DNA of 64,000 nt, taken from positions 1-64,000 of IMG/VR virus record IMGVR_UViG_3300010885_057925. The stretch is one strand, 5' to 3'. Under the pieces are notes generated by a model. It was not told the DNA's origin. It saw only the letters and a program-made list of their open reading frames with translations, and did no database searches. Source of the DNA: a virus. Made by a program: the position numbers and the translations under genes. Positions 26,139 to 34,951 of the stretch are shown here, one piece after another (positions within the stretch are counted from its first letter, which is position 1; each line of letters opens with the position of its first letter).

Positions 26139-26178
26139 GATTAAATATTCACGGAGGTTAGCGCTGAATTAACTTATT

Positions 26179-27381
26179 TCAACTTTCCGGATCGATGTCG
26201 GCACCAACCATCTGGTCACGAAAAGCTCTCATCTCCTCGTAGGACTCAGGATCGATGTCAAGGTCATTCGCGCTCACGGTGGTACGGATGAGAGCTTTCT
26301 CCAGGAGCCCATCGATCCACGGCTTGTACTGGGGATCCTTCCACAGGTCACCGAAATCAGCCTTGTAGAACTTCTTCTCGAGGATATTCTCGTTCCTTTC
26401 GTTGGTTACCTTGATCGTCTTCCACGCGCTGGTGCCCTCGACCGAAACCTGATGGTCGTTAATCATGTCGGGACCATGTTCACGAAGAACGTCAAAGACT
26501 TCCTCATGTTCCTCGATGCCCTTGCCGAAGATGATCCTGAACTCGACCTTTCGGAAGGGCGGAGCGACCTTGTTCTTGATCGTTTTTGCCCAGACGTTAA
26601 TACCGATCGCCTCACCCTGCTTATTCTCGATGTGGGAACCAGCTCCGAGCTTGAGACGAACCGAGGCGTGGAACGGGATCGCCATACCGCCGGGGGTCGT
26701 CGTGGGGTCACCATGCATCACGCCGATCTTCGTGCGGATCTGGTTAAGGATGACGAAGAGGACGTTCTGATCTCCGATGACACCAGTGATCTTTCGCATG
26801 CCCTTCGAGATCGCGCGCGCCTGAAGGCCGATGGTATCCTTGTCGTAAGCACCCTCAAGCTCAGCTTTCGGTGAGGATGCTGCCACTGAGTCCCAGATGA
26901 TCGTGATCGGGACGTCCTTTGCCATCGCTTTCGCCTTCAGGATCGTCTTCTCAGCGATATCAAGCACCTCCTCGGTGCAGTGAGTATCAACATAGACAAA
27001 CCGCTTGCTCACATCGACCCCCAACGCCGCCAGGTTCTCAACCGAGGTGCCGTTCTCGGTATCGATGTAGACTACGATGCCGCCCATCGACTGGGTCGAT
27101 CGGGCGATCTGGGTCGCGATGTGAGACTTTCCGATCGACGGAGGCCCAAAGATCTCCACGATTCGCCCCTCCGGGAGTCCACCCTTCGCTCGATTTGAAA
27201 CGACGAGATCAAGCTGCTTGGATCCGCTGGAGATCCAGCGCTTTACGTGGGTCGGTGACGTATCAACAGCTAGATTGTATGCGATTCGAGAGCCGTGATC
27301 CTTATTAAGGGACGAGATGAGCTCACTGGTAAAATCATCAGCAGCAGTCTTCGCTGCTGCCGTAGTATCCTTCTTTGCCAT
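26179..27381 (-). CDS. recA: RecA/UvsX recombinase
   Basis: GGLPEGRIVEIFGPPSIGKS, IDTEN, WDSVAA, NQIRTKIG, TPGG.A..F.ASVR, KNKVAPPF. Confidence 0.96.
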   Translation of the reverse strand: MAKKDTTAAAKTAADDFTSELISSLNKDHGSRIAYNLAVDTSPTHVKRWISSGSKQLDLVVSNRAKGGLPEGRIVEIFGPPSIGKSHIATQIARSTQSMGGIVVYIDTENGTSVENLAALGVDVSKRFVYVDTHCTEEVLDIAEKTILKAKAMAKDVPITIIWDSVAASSPKAELEGAYDKDTIGLQARAISKGMRKITGVIGDQNVLFVILNQIRTKIGVMHGDPTTTPGGMAIPFHASVRLKLGAGSHIENKQGEAIGINVWAKTIKNKVAPPFRKVEFRIIFGKGIEEHEEVFDVLREHGPDMINDHQVSVEGTSAWKTIKVTNERNENILEKKFYKADFGDLWKDPQYKPWIDGLLEKALIRTTVSANDLDIDPESYEEMRAFRDQMVGADIDPES

Positions 27382-27396
27382 TTCTACTCCTTCGGT

Positions 27397-27425
27397 ATTC
27401 TAATTTCGCGCGTTAGAATGTGCAA
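27397..27425 (-). promoter_or_regulatory. Sigma70-like promoter of recA
   Basis: TTGCAC-N17-TAGAAT directly after the SSB terminator. Confidence 0.6.
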
Positions 27426-27456
27426 AAGGCAGGGAAGCTTATTGAACTTCCCTGCC
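27424..27456 (-). terminator. Rho-independent terminator after the SSB gene
   Basis: GGCAGGGAAG-ttcaataag-CTTCCCTGCC followed by TTTT on the minus strand. Confidence 0.8.
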
Positions 27457-27476
27457 CTCATCATTAGTTCCTTAGA

Positions 27477-28316
27477 TCAGAATCCGCTGTCTTCAAGATC
27501 CGCGAAAGCGTCATCGAGATCACGGGCAGCAGCCTTAGGGCCGGCGCCCGTCTTCTTGCTCGTCTTCGGGAGATCATCGTCATCGAAAGCAGCGAGCTTG
27601 TTGTCAGTCTCGGTACGGGGCGCAGGACCGCCACGAGAGGTACCGGTATCGTTCGAGGTACTACCGCCGTTGATCCAATCGTTCACGATCTTCTCGATCT
27701 CCTCGTAGGACTTGAGGTTGACCGCCTCATCGACCTCCGGAATCGAATCAAGCCACTTCTTCGACTGGGCGGAATCGCGGCTGAGGGGCTCCACCTTGGC
27801 TCGTGGGGAGATCTTGGTGTCAGCGAACTGCTTACCGGGAAGCTTCGAGACCGAAACACGGATGTCGCGGCCCTCGAGCGGATCAGTGACGTCGCCGTAG
27901 TCCTCATCGAGCATGAGATTCAGGATGTCCTGGTAGACCATCTTTCCGAAGGACCAGATTCGGACGCCCTTGTCCTCCTCACCACGTACGATGACCGGAG
28001 CGAAGGTACGCATCTTCGGAGCGACCTTCTTGGCGAGCTCACGGCTCGTGTCGCTGCCCTCATCGTAGAGCTTGCTACGGAGCTCCTTGATGGGATCCGC
28101 CTTGCCGAACTGGAAGGGTGCGAGGATACCCGGGCTGTTACCGACGCCGTAGTAGTACCAGCGATCCTTGAAGGGCTGACCGTCGTTATTCTGGAATGCG
28201 AGGAGTCGAACCGTGTACTCCTTGCCCTCCTCGGGCTTCCACTGCTGGTCACGCTTGTTGTTCTTACCGGAGAGTTCGCCGAGCTTGCGGCGGATTGCGT
28301 CGAGATCGATTGCCAT
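27477..28316 (-). CDS. Single-stranded DNA-binding protein (T4 gp32-like)
   Basis: WKP...VRLL, VIVRGEEDKGVRIWSFGK, DVTDPLEGRDI, acidic C-tail DDAFADLEDSGF; strong codon bias. Confidence 0.85.
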   Translation of the reverse strand: MAIDLDAIRRKLGELSGKNNKRDQQWKPEEGKEYTVRLLAFQNNDGQPFKDRWYYYGVGNSPGILAPFQFGKADPIKELRSKLYDEGSDTSRELAKKVAPKMRTFAPVIVRGEEDKGVRIWSFGKMVYQDILNLMLDEDYGDVTDPLEGRDIRVSVSKLPGKQFADTKISPRAKVEPLSRDSAQSKKWLDSIPEVDEAVNLKSYEEIEKIVNDWINGGSTSNDTGTSRGGPAPRTETDNKLAAFDDDDLPKTSKKTGAGPKAAARDLDDAFADLEDSGF

Positions 28317-28454
28317 GATAGTTTGTATGTCCTTGAATGATTGATTGTTGATAGACGGAGAGTTTCAGCTTTCGCTTCCCCTCCCCGGAGTTACCCGATG
28401 TCCCGCCTTTCGAGCCAGAACATAGGGAGATTGTAAGGTGCGGTTTTGGTTTTT

Positions 28455-28748
28455 TCAGCGCTTTTTGCGCGGTTTCGGCAGTCCGCCAAAGCTGCGGTGA
28501 GCGGTCCTGGTGACACTGTCACGACGAGGACCCGAGGGACGCATACCGAGAGGTATGGTGTAGCCTCCGCCACCGGCGAGAGCGGGGACGCCCATGGATT
28601 CATCAACGTCGTCCTCTTCTCCCTCGTACATTCCACATTCGTGCTCAGCACCCATCTCATACATTGTGCCGCATTCGGAGCAGCTTTTCATCTCAGCAAG
28701 AGCTTCCATGATCATCAGTCGAAGAGCTTTTCTGTCCAGTGTTCGCAT
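28455..28748 (-). CDS. Small hypothetical protein, putative prohead-core/head-packaged
   Basis: KALRLMIMEALAE tag, CSECG, acidic MYEGEEDDVDES; ATAATTA motif upstream. Confidence 0.6.
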   Translation of the reverse strand: MRTLDRKALRLMIMEALAEMKSCSECGTMYEMGAEHECGMYEGEEDDVDESMGVPALAGGGGYTIPLGMRPSGPRRDSVTRTAHRSFGGLPKPRKKR

Positions 28749-28756
28749 ACCTTTAA

Positions 28757-29341
28757 TTATTCGGGTCCGACCTTTCTCACGAGGATATCTCGCGCGGAGC
28801 GTAGAAGAATCGTGAGAGTGGGCTCAGCGGTGGGGGCGAGCCGGCTCTCGACCCAATCAGGTGGGCGGCTCGGTCCACGGATCGCCATGAATTCCTCCTC
28901 GGTGAGCTTCACGCCGTAATGGTTCAGCAGGAAGAGGGAGCGCTCAGGAATCGTCATACGATTGAGACGCTCATTGGGCTTGTAGAAAGCCCCCAGCTTT
29001 TCCCGACGCCAGTGCTCATCCTCGGGCAGGAAGTATGGATCCTCGAGGCTCCCGACCTTTCCGACCTCATGCAAAAGACCGACAACGAGGATCGACTCTG
29101 TCGACACTCCCATCTCGAAAGTATCGTTAAGACGCTTCATGCCCTTAGCCACCGCGATCGCCTGCTGCACGAGACCTCCTGGTTCGCAGCCTGGGCTGTC
29201 ATTGCGAGGTTCGGCGGGGCACATCAGAAGTCGCTCACCGAGATCGTCCAACAACTGCTGGAGTCCTGATCCCCGGTTGATCTTGTCCGCAAGCTTGGCG
29301 TAGCTTGTCCATAGGTCAGTAAGCTCTCGTTCGTTCATCAT
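28757..29341 (-). CDS. HD-domain-like protein with degenerate metal ligands
   Basis: PGGLVQQAIAV / LLHEVGKVG / RSLFLL / EEFMAIR pattern of phage HD hydrolases. Confidence 0.65.
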   Translation of the reverse strand: MMNERELTDLWTSYAKLADKINRGSGLQQLLDDLGERLLMCPAEPRNDSPGCEPGGLVQQAIAVAKGMKRLNDTFEMGVSTESILVVGLLHEVGKVGSLEDPYFLPEDEHWRREKLGAFYKPNERLNRMTIPERSLFLLNHYGVKLTEEEFMAIRGPSRPPDWVESRLAPTAEPTLTILLRSARDILVRKVGPE

Positions 29342-29372
29342 GATTAGAATCTAAACAAGAGCGCTAGTATTT

Positions 29373-29801
29373 TCAACTAACGATCATTTTCACTATAACT
29401 TTATTTCCTGAGCGCTCGATGAATGTCCGCTGTGGAAGCGCGATTCGATTCATGAGCTCTGCTACGGCGAGGGTGTCGCGGACGAAATACTCACCCATCA
29501 GTCCCTGTCGAAAATCTGACAGGTCACGCGACATCGGAAGAATAACGTAGTACTCTCCGCTGGACGTCTTCATATCGATATCCTCGAAGAGCCCAGAGAG
29601 CGGCTTGGATTGAATCGCTCGCTCCAGAACTTCGTACGCCTCTTTGTGAAAGTCCTCTCCCTTTCCATAGTACGAACCTAAATTTAGGCCGCCTATCATT
29701 GAGGCTGGATCTGACTTAACTTTACCCGACGCACGACTTGAGAGCTTCGCTTCACCGAAACGCGGGTACTTGGACTTAAACTTGTTCCTGAGCGCGCTCA
29801 C
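29373..29801 (-). CDS. Hypothetical protein
   Basis: 142 aa ORF filling the gap between flanking genes; GAGGAG RBS. Confidence 0.55.
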   Translation of the reverse strand: MSALRNKFKSKYPRFGEAKLSSRASGKVKSDPASMIGGLNLGSYYGKGEDFHKEAYEVLERAIQSKPLSGLFEDIDMKTSSGEYYVILPMSRDLSDFRQGLMGEYFVRDTLAVAELMNRIALPQRTFIERSGNKVIVKMIVS

Positions 29802-30965
29802 TCATCCCTCCTCATCTACATAGGCTGGCTCGAAAGAAAGATAAAAGTGGCCGAGACGATCTATTTCGACGCCTTCACTCGCGATCTCTCTCATGCGAGA
29901 GATTGAATCGGGATGACAATCTACAAGCAGCGCGTCGTGGAGGACAAACACGGGTTGGACCAGCAGGTCCTCGGATTCGACCCTATTCATGATATCGCTG
30001 AATCCCATAAGCGAGACGTCGACGGCAGTTGATTGAGCGTAGTGTGATATCGCAAGATGCGGATCGCCTGCTTCAAGAAGCGGACGACCCCAGAAGTTTT
30101 TAGGTTCATCTGAGTCTATGATTCTACGACGAAGGGATTCCAAGCCGAAGTAATCGTTGATCTCCCTCATCAGCCGAGAGGCGTCAGCACCGACCTCCTC
30201 TCGAACTGACTGTCCTGAAGCACCGTAAAGAGACTTGAGAGTCGCAAGCTTCGCATGACGTCTATCGACTCCTTTCAAACGCTCAGCAATCGCTCCGTAG
30301 ATATCAGCCGGGGCCTCACCGCTTCGAAGGAGTCTGAGAACTCTAGGTTCGAGTGACACGAAGTCGATCTGGTATACTTTTCCGCCGTCGTATCGACTCG
30401 CGAGAATCTTTCTATGCGACTTTTGAAGCGTAAGAATCCTGGGACCTTCCGAGATCGTTAAGCGCCCGGTCGCAGTCCTATGAGAGTAAATCACGGGGCC
30501 AGCCATGCTATCGGACCCAGGTTCAAAAGTTTCGAGAACGTTGAGCTGCTGCGATTCAGACTGAGCTACCCGAAGAGCGGCGAGATCGATTCGACAGGGA
30601 ACGAGGCGCTCGAGAATGGAACGGCCCAAGGACAGCACATCAGAGTAATCACCAACAACCGCCAGAAGCTCTTCGAGCTCATCCGAGATCGTGGACAGGT
30701 TCTCATATAGAACGCGTTGTGGGATGACCAGAGGCCACGGGACTGCCCCTCGTGACAGCCCATCCATCGAGCTGACAAACTCGGGTGGGATAAGCTGCGG
30801 CAGCTCCCTGTCGCATGATTCGTAAATGGATTCGATCGAACGAGCCACCGAACGATCTCCGACGCACCAAGCGTTTTCCGGAACCTGCTCGGACCAGGAG
30901 AGCTTTCCTTCCCCTAAAATCGCGTGTTTTGGAGAGTTCAGGGCTAGTTTTGACGCGTACATCAT
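29802..30965 (-). CDS. Family A DNA polymerase core (no exonuclease domains)
   Basis: TATGRLT, motif A DFVSLEPRVL, motif B RRHAKLATLKSLYG, QSTAVD, motif C LHDAL. Confidence 0.82.
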   Translation of the reverse strand: MMYASKLALNSPKHAILGEGKLSWSEQVPENAWCVGDRSVARSIESIYESCDRELPQLIPPEFVSSMDGLSRGAVPWPLVIPQRVLYENLSTISDELEELLAVVGDYSDVLSLGRSILERLVPCRIDLAALRVAQSESQQLNVLETFEPGSDSMAGPVIYSHRTATGRLTISEGPRILTLQKSHRKILASRYDGGKVYQIDFVSLEPRVLRLLRSGEAPADIYGAIAERLKGVDRRHAKLATLKSLYGASGQSVREEVGADASRLMREINDYFGLESLRRRIIDSDEPKNFWGRPLLEAGDPHLAISHYAQSTAVDVSLMGFSDIMNRVESEDLLVQPVFVLHDALLVDCHPDSISRMREIASEGVEIDRLGHFYLSFEPAYVDEEG

Positions 30966-30970
30966 AAGAA

Positions 30971-30999
30971 ATGATATAACGTTAGAAAGCTATTTTCAA
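30971..30999 (-). promoter_or_regulatory. Sigma70-like promoter of the PolA core gene (near-leaderless)
   Basis: TTGAAA-N17-TATCAT at the structural-to-replication module boundary. Confidence 0.55.
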
Positions 31000-33900
31000 A
31001 CTGGAGCAAGCACGGTCGAGACCTCTTGCTCAAAAATAAGTCGAGCAATCTCTGGATCGTTGCTCTGAAGGGACGCGATGGCATCGTTCAACGAACTAAC
31101 TGCCTCGACGTTAGCTTGCACGCCCCGCGCTATCTCGTCAGCCTCTGCTTGAGCCCTTGCAAGTTCAATTCGTGCCCTTTCAGCAGCTTGCGTTGCCTCA
31201 GTTCCGACTGCCGCCGCCGCCGCGTCTCGAGCAGCTCTTTCAGCCGCTGCCTTAGCAGCGTTGAGCTTCCACTGAGCTCTGATTTGAGCTTGAGCGATTT
31301 TTTCATCGACGCTTCCCTTGACGACCTTGAACTTTTCGATTGCTTTTCTAACGTTTCGCACTCCGTCTCGAACGTCGAACGTCACCTTGCTGGCAGCGTT
31401 TTCAGTTGCCTGCGATTCACTGAGCTCGTCAACGGGAGCATCATACGAGATCTTCTGCGATTCTAACGTGTTGCCGCGTATCACTGAAAGAGCCGCGGCG
31501 AGGTTCTGAGCGAGGCTCGTGTAGGTCGCGAAACCTTGACCGTAGCTCATCTTTACCTCCGACTTGAAACCGTCGTTTCCGATCGTATGATCGATCTGCG
31601 TCACGAAGTAGACGTTATCCGCCGTGGTTCCAGTACCGAAATCAACGAAAATACGTTGCATCGGAAAGAAAAGCGGGCATCCAACGGTGGTGAGGCTCAG
31701 CTGGGATGGTACGATCTGCATCGGGACACCGGCGTCAACAGCAGCGGGATCGTAGTCGCCAGCGGAGTTGAACGCGCGCTGGAGCATCACGTTACCCAGA
31801 CCTGCGTTGTTGTTCGACTGCAAGTTCGCGTTTGTGATCGCAGAATTTTGGCTGCCATACACGACGTACGGCATGCCGGCCGAGACTCTAGATTTAATCT
31901 CCTCGTAGGTTCCAGCTACCTTAAAGAAATTTTTTCCAGCAGATGGAACGCTTTGCAGTATCGGATTAGGGCCTTGGGAAAGTGAGCTGACGATCTCGAG
32001 CGTCTTTTCCCTCTGTTCTTTAGAGACACCACCCGGAGCAGCTGCCTGCTGGTTGAACTCCGATGTCGGAATTCTGACGACGCTGAGCTGGTCGTCGCGC
32101 GTTGCAGCAAGTATCTCTCCAAGAGTAGAGAACGGATCTTGGGCTGCATCGTAGATATGCAGCTTTATCATTGTCTTCTCGGAGATTTCGTTGTTTTCAC
32201 CGTCCAAAAGTGGACAAGCTTCGACCTCTATCTGTATATTGGGCTGCACGAACCTTCCAGTTGTGATGCCTACGCTTTCCAGACGTTTTTCACGCGTAGT
32301 TTCGTAATTCGGTTCGATTTTGTAGCCGTTCTTCTTAATAGCGGTCAGGTTAGACTTCACACCCGTCAATTCGTTTATCTGGGTTTCAATCGTTGACGCT
32401 CTACCAGGGTCTTTCTCTGCTTCGCGCGCTTCGGTCAACTTGACTATTTTCGCGTCTATTTTCGCGATGTTTTCGTCAACAGCTGAGGTGTTGAGAGACA
32501 CTGAGAGCTTCTCAAGCTCCGCTTCACCCTTTTGAGCTTTTGCAGAGTTGTAGAAGTTAGACATCAGGTAAGCGCGATCGGCTGGGAAGCTGACGAATCT
32601 GTCGTTGATTATCGCGATCACGTCCCTTAGGGAAAGATCCTGAACCTTGCCCGCAGAAGTGGCAATAGCCGTGTTGAAAAGATTCGATTCGATCGGAAAA
32701 CAGCTCACGGGTAGCGAGTTAACAGCGCCCGCGTATCTGTTGAATGGGTAGAATATCAGCTGAATCTCATCATAAAGCTGAGATTTTGCGAGTTGAGCCG
32801 CCACGATGTTACTGAATATAGCTCCCAGTGATATGAAGTCTGAGGGCTCCTTAGTGTCTGTTATAACCTTGGCGTAATCATCGACCGTGAGCTTGTTATT
32901 CATGTCGCTAAGACCAGCGTCACGGGCAGATTGAGACTCTGTAAAGAGTGCCCCGGGGTAGTAGTTACCGCTTCCCAGGGAGGCGTTCATGCTGGCAAAG
33001 CGTGCAGGTACCATGTTAGCAGCGAAAGGATCAACGTCCATCTTGGGAATATCCGATATGATCTTCGAATACTCTTGCTTTGTCGAAGCTTTGTACCTGG
33101 CGACGAGGCTGTCCTGACCGACTTCGTACAAGTTGTTCTCGCCTTTGCGCTCAACCTTTCCGTAGGCGGTCGCGAGAATAGCTCGTGCGGATGCTGGAAC
33201 TGCGTTAGATGCCAACGCTTCTGAAATCTGCTTCAGGATACCCTGATCGTCGGCAGCAGACAGAATAGAGTTCGGGTCGGTAAACTGAGTTATAGTGTCA
33301 ATCTTCGAGAGCGAAGGCGTTTTCGGCAGCCTCTGGTACTCCTGCAGGATATCGGAGAGCTGCCTTGCTAATCTTTCCAGTTGATTGTAAATTGAGACGT
33401 TGCCGCGCATGCGAAGGAACAGGAGATCCGTACTTCCCACGGTGGCCAAGCTCAGGCTCACTTTAACCTGACCGACCTCGTCGAAAGTGTAAGATGAGTT
33501 GATGATTCTGTATCGTTGCTTCACCTTGAGCGCGTCGAGCAACGTCCCGTAAGCATTGCTAGATGCTATCCCACCATCGATATGCGACCACCCGTACGTG
33601 ATGTCCATGAATGTCAAACCGTACAGGTCAGGTCGCACAAAGTCGACAAAATCACGTAGTCTAGAACGATCGTGTATCACGATCTCGAGACGCGCGGTCG
33701 CGAAAGAAAGTCCGCCGCCGGCCGGCCTAAGCTTGTTGGAGACCTGAAGTTGACCCAAGCTCATCGGTGGCCTGAAGCGATCGATCACAGGAACATCTTC
33801 TTTGCCTCTCGTCGCTGCGTCCATGTTGGTAAGCGTCGCAGGAGATGTGAACATCTCCATGCTGGACTTCGCGCCGATCAGCGGGACGCCGCCCTGCTTA

Positions 33901-34658
33901 ATCGCGCCGGCTTCGGTGACGACTTTGGTGTTTTGAGCGGACAAGATGCCTCGATCCACGTCGCTAGGCTGGCCTGGGTTTAAGAACTTTACGAGAGTTA
34001 TTCCTTCCCCTAGACTCTTCTCGTCGGGGGCCAGCGCGCTCCTGGGAGTGATAACGTCTATATCAACGTATGGGACACACTTGCTGAACTCGATGTTTGG
34101 TATACCGTTCAGAAAGATCTGTAGAGCTCCGACATCGCGAGTCGCAGGGCCCAGATAGGGATTCTCAACGTTGACAGCGTAGAGGTTGGGGCGTGCCTTT
34201 GTCGGGTTTGACATCAGCGTATTCGGCTGCTTCTTTCCCGGGAATAGCTTCGGCGGTATTATCGGTCCGCTGACGAAAATGTCTTTTGCTGGAGCCGGTA
34301 TGTCATCATTTACGCCGTAAATTTTCACCTGCTGCAGTCTTCGTTGATCAGTGGGAACATTTCCCTCTGCCGTTAACGAGCTCACCTTTTGGTTGAAGTA
34401 GAAAACTCCACGACTTCCGAAGATGAGTTCAGCCAGCTCGTCCTCGAATGAAATTCCAACCGAGACATCGGTGTTTCCCGCGTCTATAGCTCTTTGATAG
34501 TCTGCAGATCTTTGTGACTCGCTCTTGCCTGTGAGGATCGTCGACGCCTGCTCAGATGCGATTAAGCGTGACTTGGCAATGTACTCTGACGTCGTTGTCG
34601 CCCCGAAATACATCGAAAGCTTTCTGACAGCCTGGGTTATCAGCGGGCTACGAGGCAT
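30996..34658 (-). CDS. Large baseplate hub-like protein
   Basis: 1220 aa in baseplate position; C-terminal TTVGCP...DNVYFVTQIDHTI...GFKSEVK is typical of gp27/VgrG-like hubs. Confidence 0.6.
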   Translation of the reverse strand: MPRSPLITQAVRKLSMYFGATTTSEYIAKSRLIASEQASTILTGKSESQRSADYQRAIDAGNTDVSVGISFEDELAELIFGSRGVFYFNQKVSSLTAEGNVPTDQRRLQQVKIYGVNDDIPAPAKDIFVSGPIIPPKLFPGKKQPNTLMSNPTKARPNLYAVNVENPYLGPATRDVGALQIFLNGIPNIEFSKCVPYVDIDVITPRSALAPDEKSLGEGITLVKFLNPGQPSDVDRGILSAQNTKVVTEAGAIKQGGVPLIGAKSSMEMFTSPATLTNMDAATRGKEDVPVIDRFRPPMSLGQLQVSNKLRPAGGGLSFATARLEIVIHDRSRLRDFVDFVRPDLYGLTFMDITYGWSHIDGGIASSNAYGTLLDALKVKQRYRIINSSYTFDEVGQVKVSLSLATVGSTDLLFLRMRGNVSIYNQLERLARQLSDILQEYQRLPKTPSLSKIDTITQFTDPNSILSAADDQGILKQISEALASNAVPASARAILATAYGKVERKGENNLYEVGQDSLVARYKASTKQEYSKIISDIPKMDVDPFAANMVPARFASMNASLGSGNYYPGALFTESQSARDAGLSDMNNKLTVDDYAKVITDTKEPSDFISLGAIFSNIVAAQLAKSQLYDEIQLIFYPFNRYAGAVNSLPVSCFPIESNLFNTAIATSAGKVQDLSLRDVIAIINDRFVSFPADRAYLMSNFYNSAKAQKGEAELEKLSVSLNTSAVDENIAKIDAKIVKLTEAREAEKDPGRASTIETQINELTGVKSNLTAIKKNGYKIEPNYETTREKRLESVGITTGRFVQPNIQIEVEACPLLDGENNEISEKTMIKLHIYDAAQDPFSTLGEILAATRDDQLSVVRIPTSEFNQQAAAPGGVSKEQREKTLEIVSSLSQGPNPILQSVPSAGKNFFKVAGTYEEIKSRVSAGMPYVVYGSQNSAITNANLQSNNNAGLGNVMLQRAFNSAGDYDPAAVDAGVPMQIVPSQLSLTTVGCPLFFPMQRIFVDFGTGTTADNVYFVTQIDHTIGNDGFKSEVKMSYGQGFATYTSLAQNLAAALSVIRGNTLESQKISYDAPVDELSESQATENAASKVTFDVRDGVRNVRKAIEKFKVVKGSVDEKIAQAQIRAQWKLNAAKAAAERAARDAAAAAVGTEATQAAERARIELARAQAEADEIARGVQANVEAVSSLNDAIASLQSNDPEIARLIFEQEVSTVLAPV

Positions 34659-34951
34659 TAGAGAAGCCTCATAACGGCACCGATGTCAATCGGTACCAGA
34701 ACTCTAGTTCCCGGTGGCGATTGCAGCCACCACCCGATCCCGCTGGCAGCGGCAATAACCCACCACAATTTACCATCACCGTAAGAGTCGAAAGCTATCT
34801 GATCGAGACGCTGACCCTCGACCAGGACGAATTCGTTGCAGAGTAAGCCACCAGCGCTCGCTGCCTCTTTTATACGTCTAGCCGCGGCCGGGGTCGCCAA
34901 GCGACGTTGGGTATCCAGTATGGGGGTTCTAGAATATCTGCTGGTTGACAT
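34658..34951 (-). CDS. Baseplate wedge protein (gp53/LysM/tail X-like)
   Basis: EGQRLDQIAFDSYGDGKLWWVIAAAS...PGTRVLVP. Confidence 0.82.
   Translation of the reverse strand: MSTSRYSRTPILDTQRRLATPAAARRIKEAASAGGLLCNEFVLVEGQRLDQIAFDSYGDGKLWWVIAAASGIGWWLQSPPGTRVLVPIDIGAVMRLL

Noticed and set aside
25121-26178. Group I intron carrying the endonuclease
   Set aside because: recA ends intact, the exonuclease start lies inside the 3' end of the endonuclease gene, and there is no non-coding room for a ribozyme core.
27397-27419. ATTCTAA-N9-TTAGAAT palindrome over the recA promoter as an operator
   Set aside because: It is only a 7-bp AT-rich arm, and no second copy was noticed elsewhere, so it is too weak to call.
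28360-28430. c-di-GMP riboswitch or hammerhead in the SSB leader
   Set aside because: GAAA loops are present but the conserved cores (GCAAA/GACGCAAAGC; CUGAnGA) are not.
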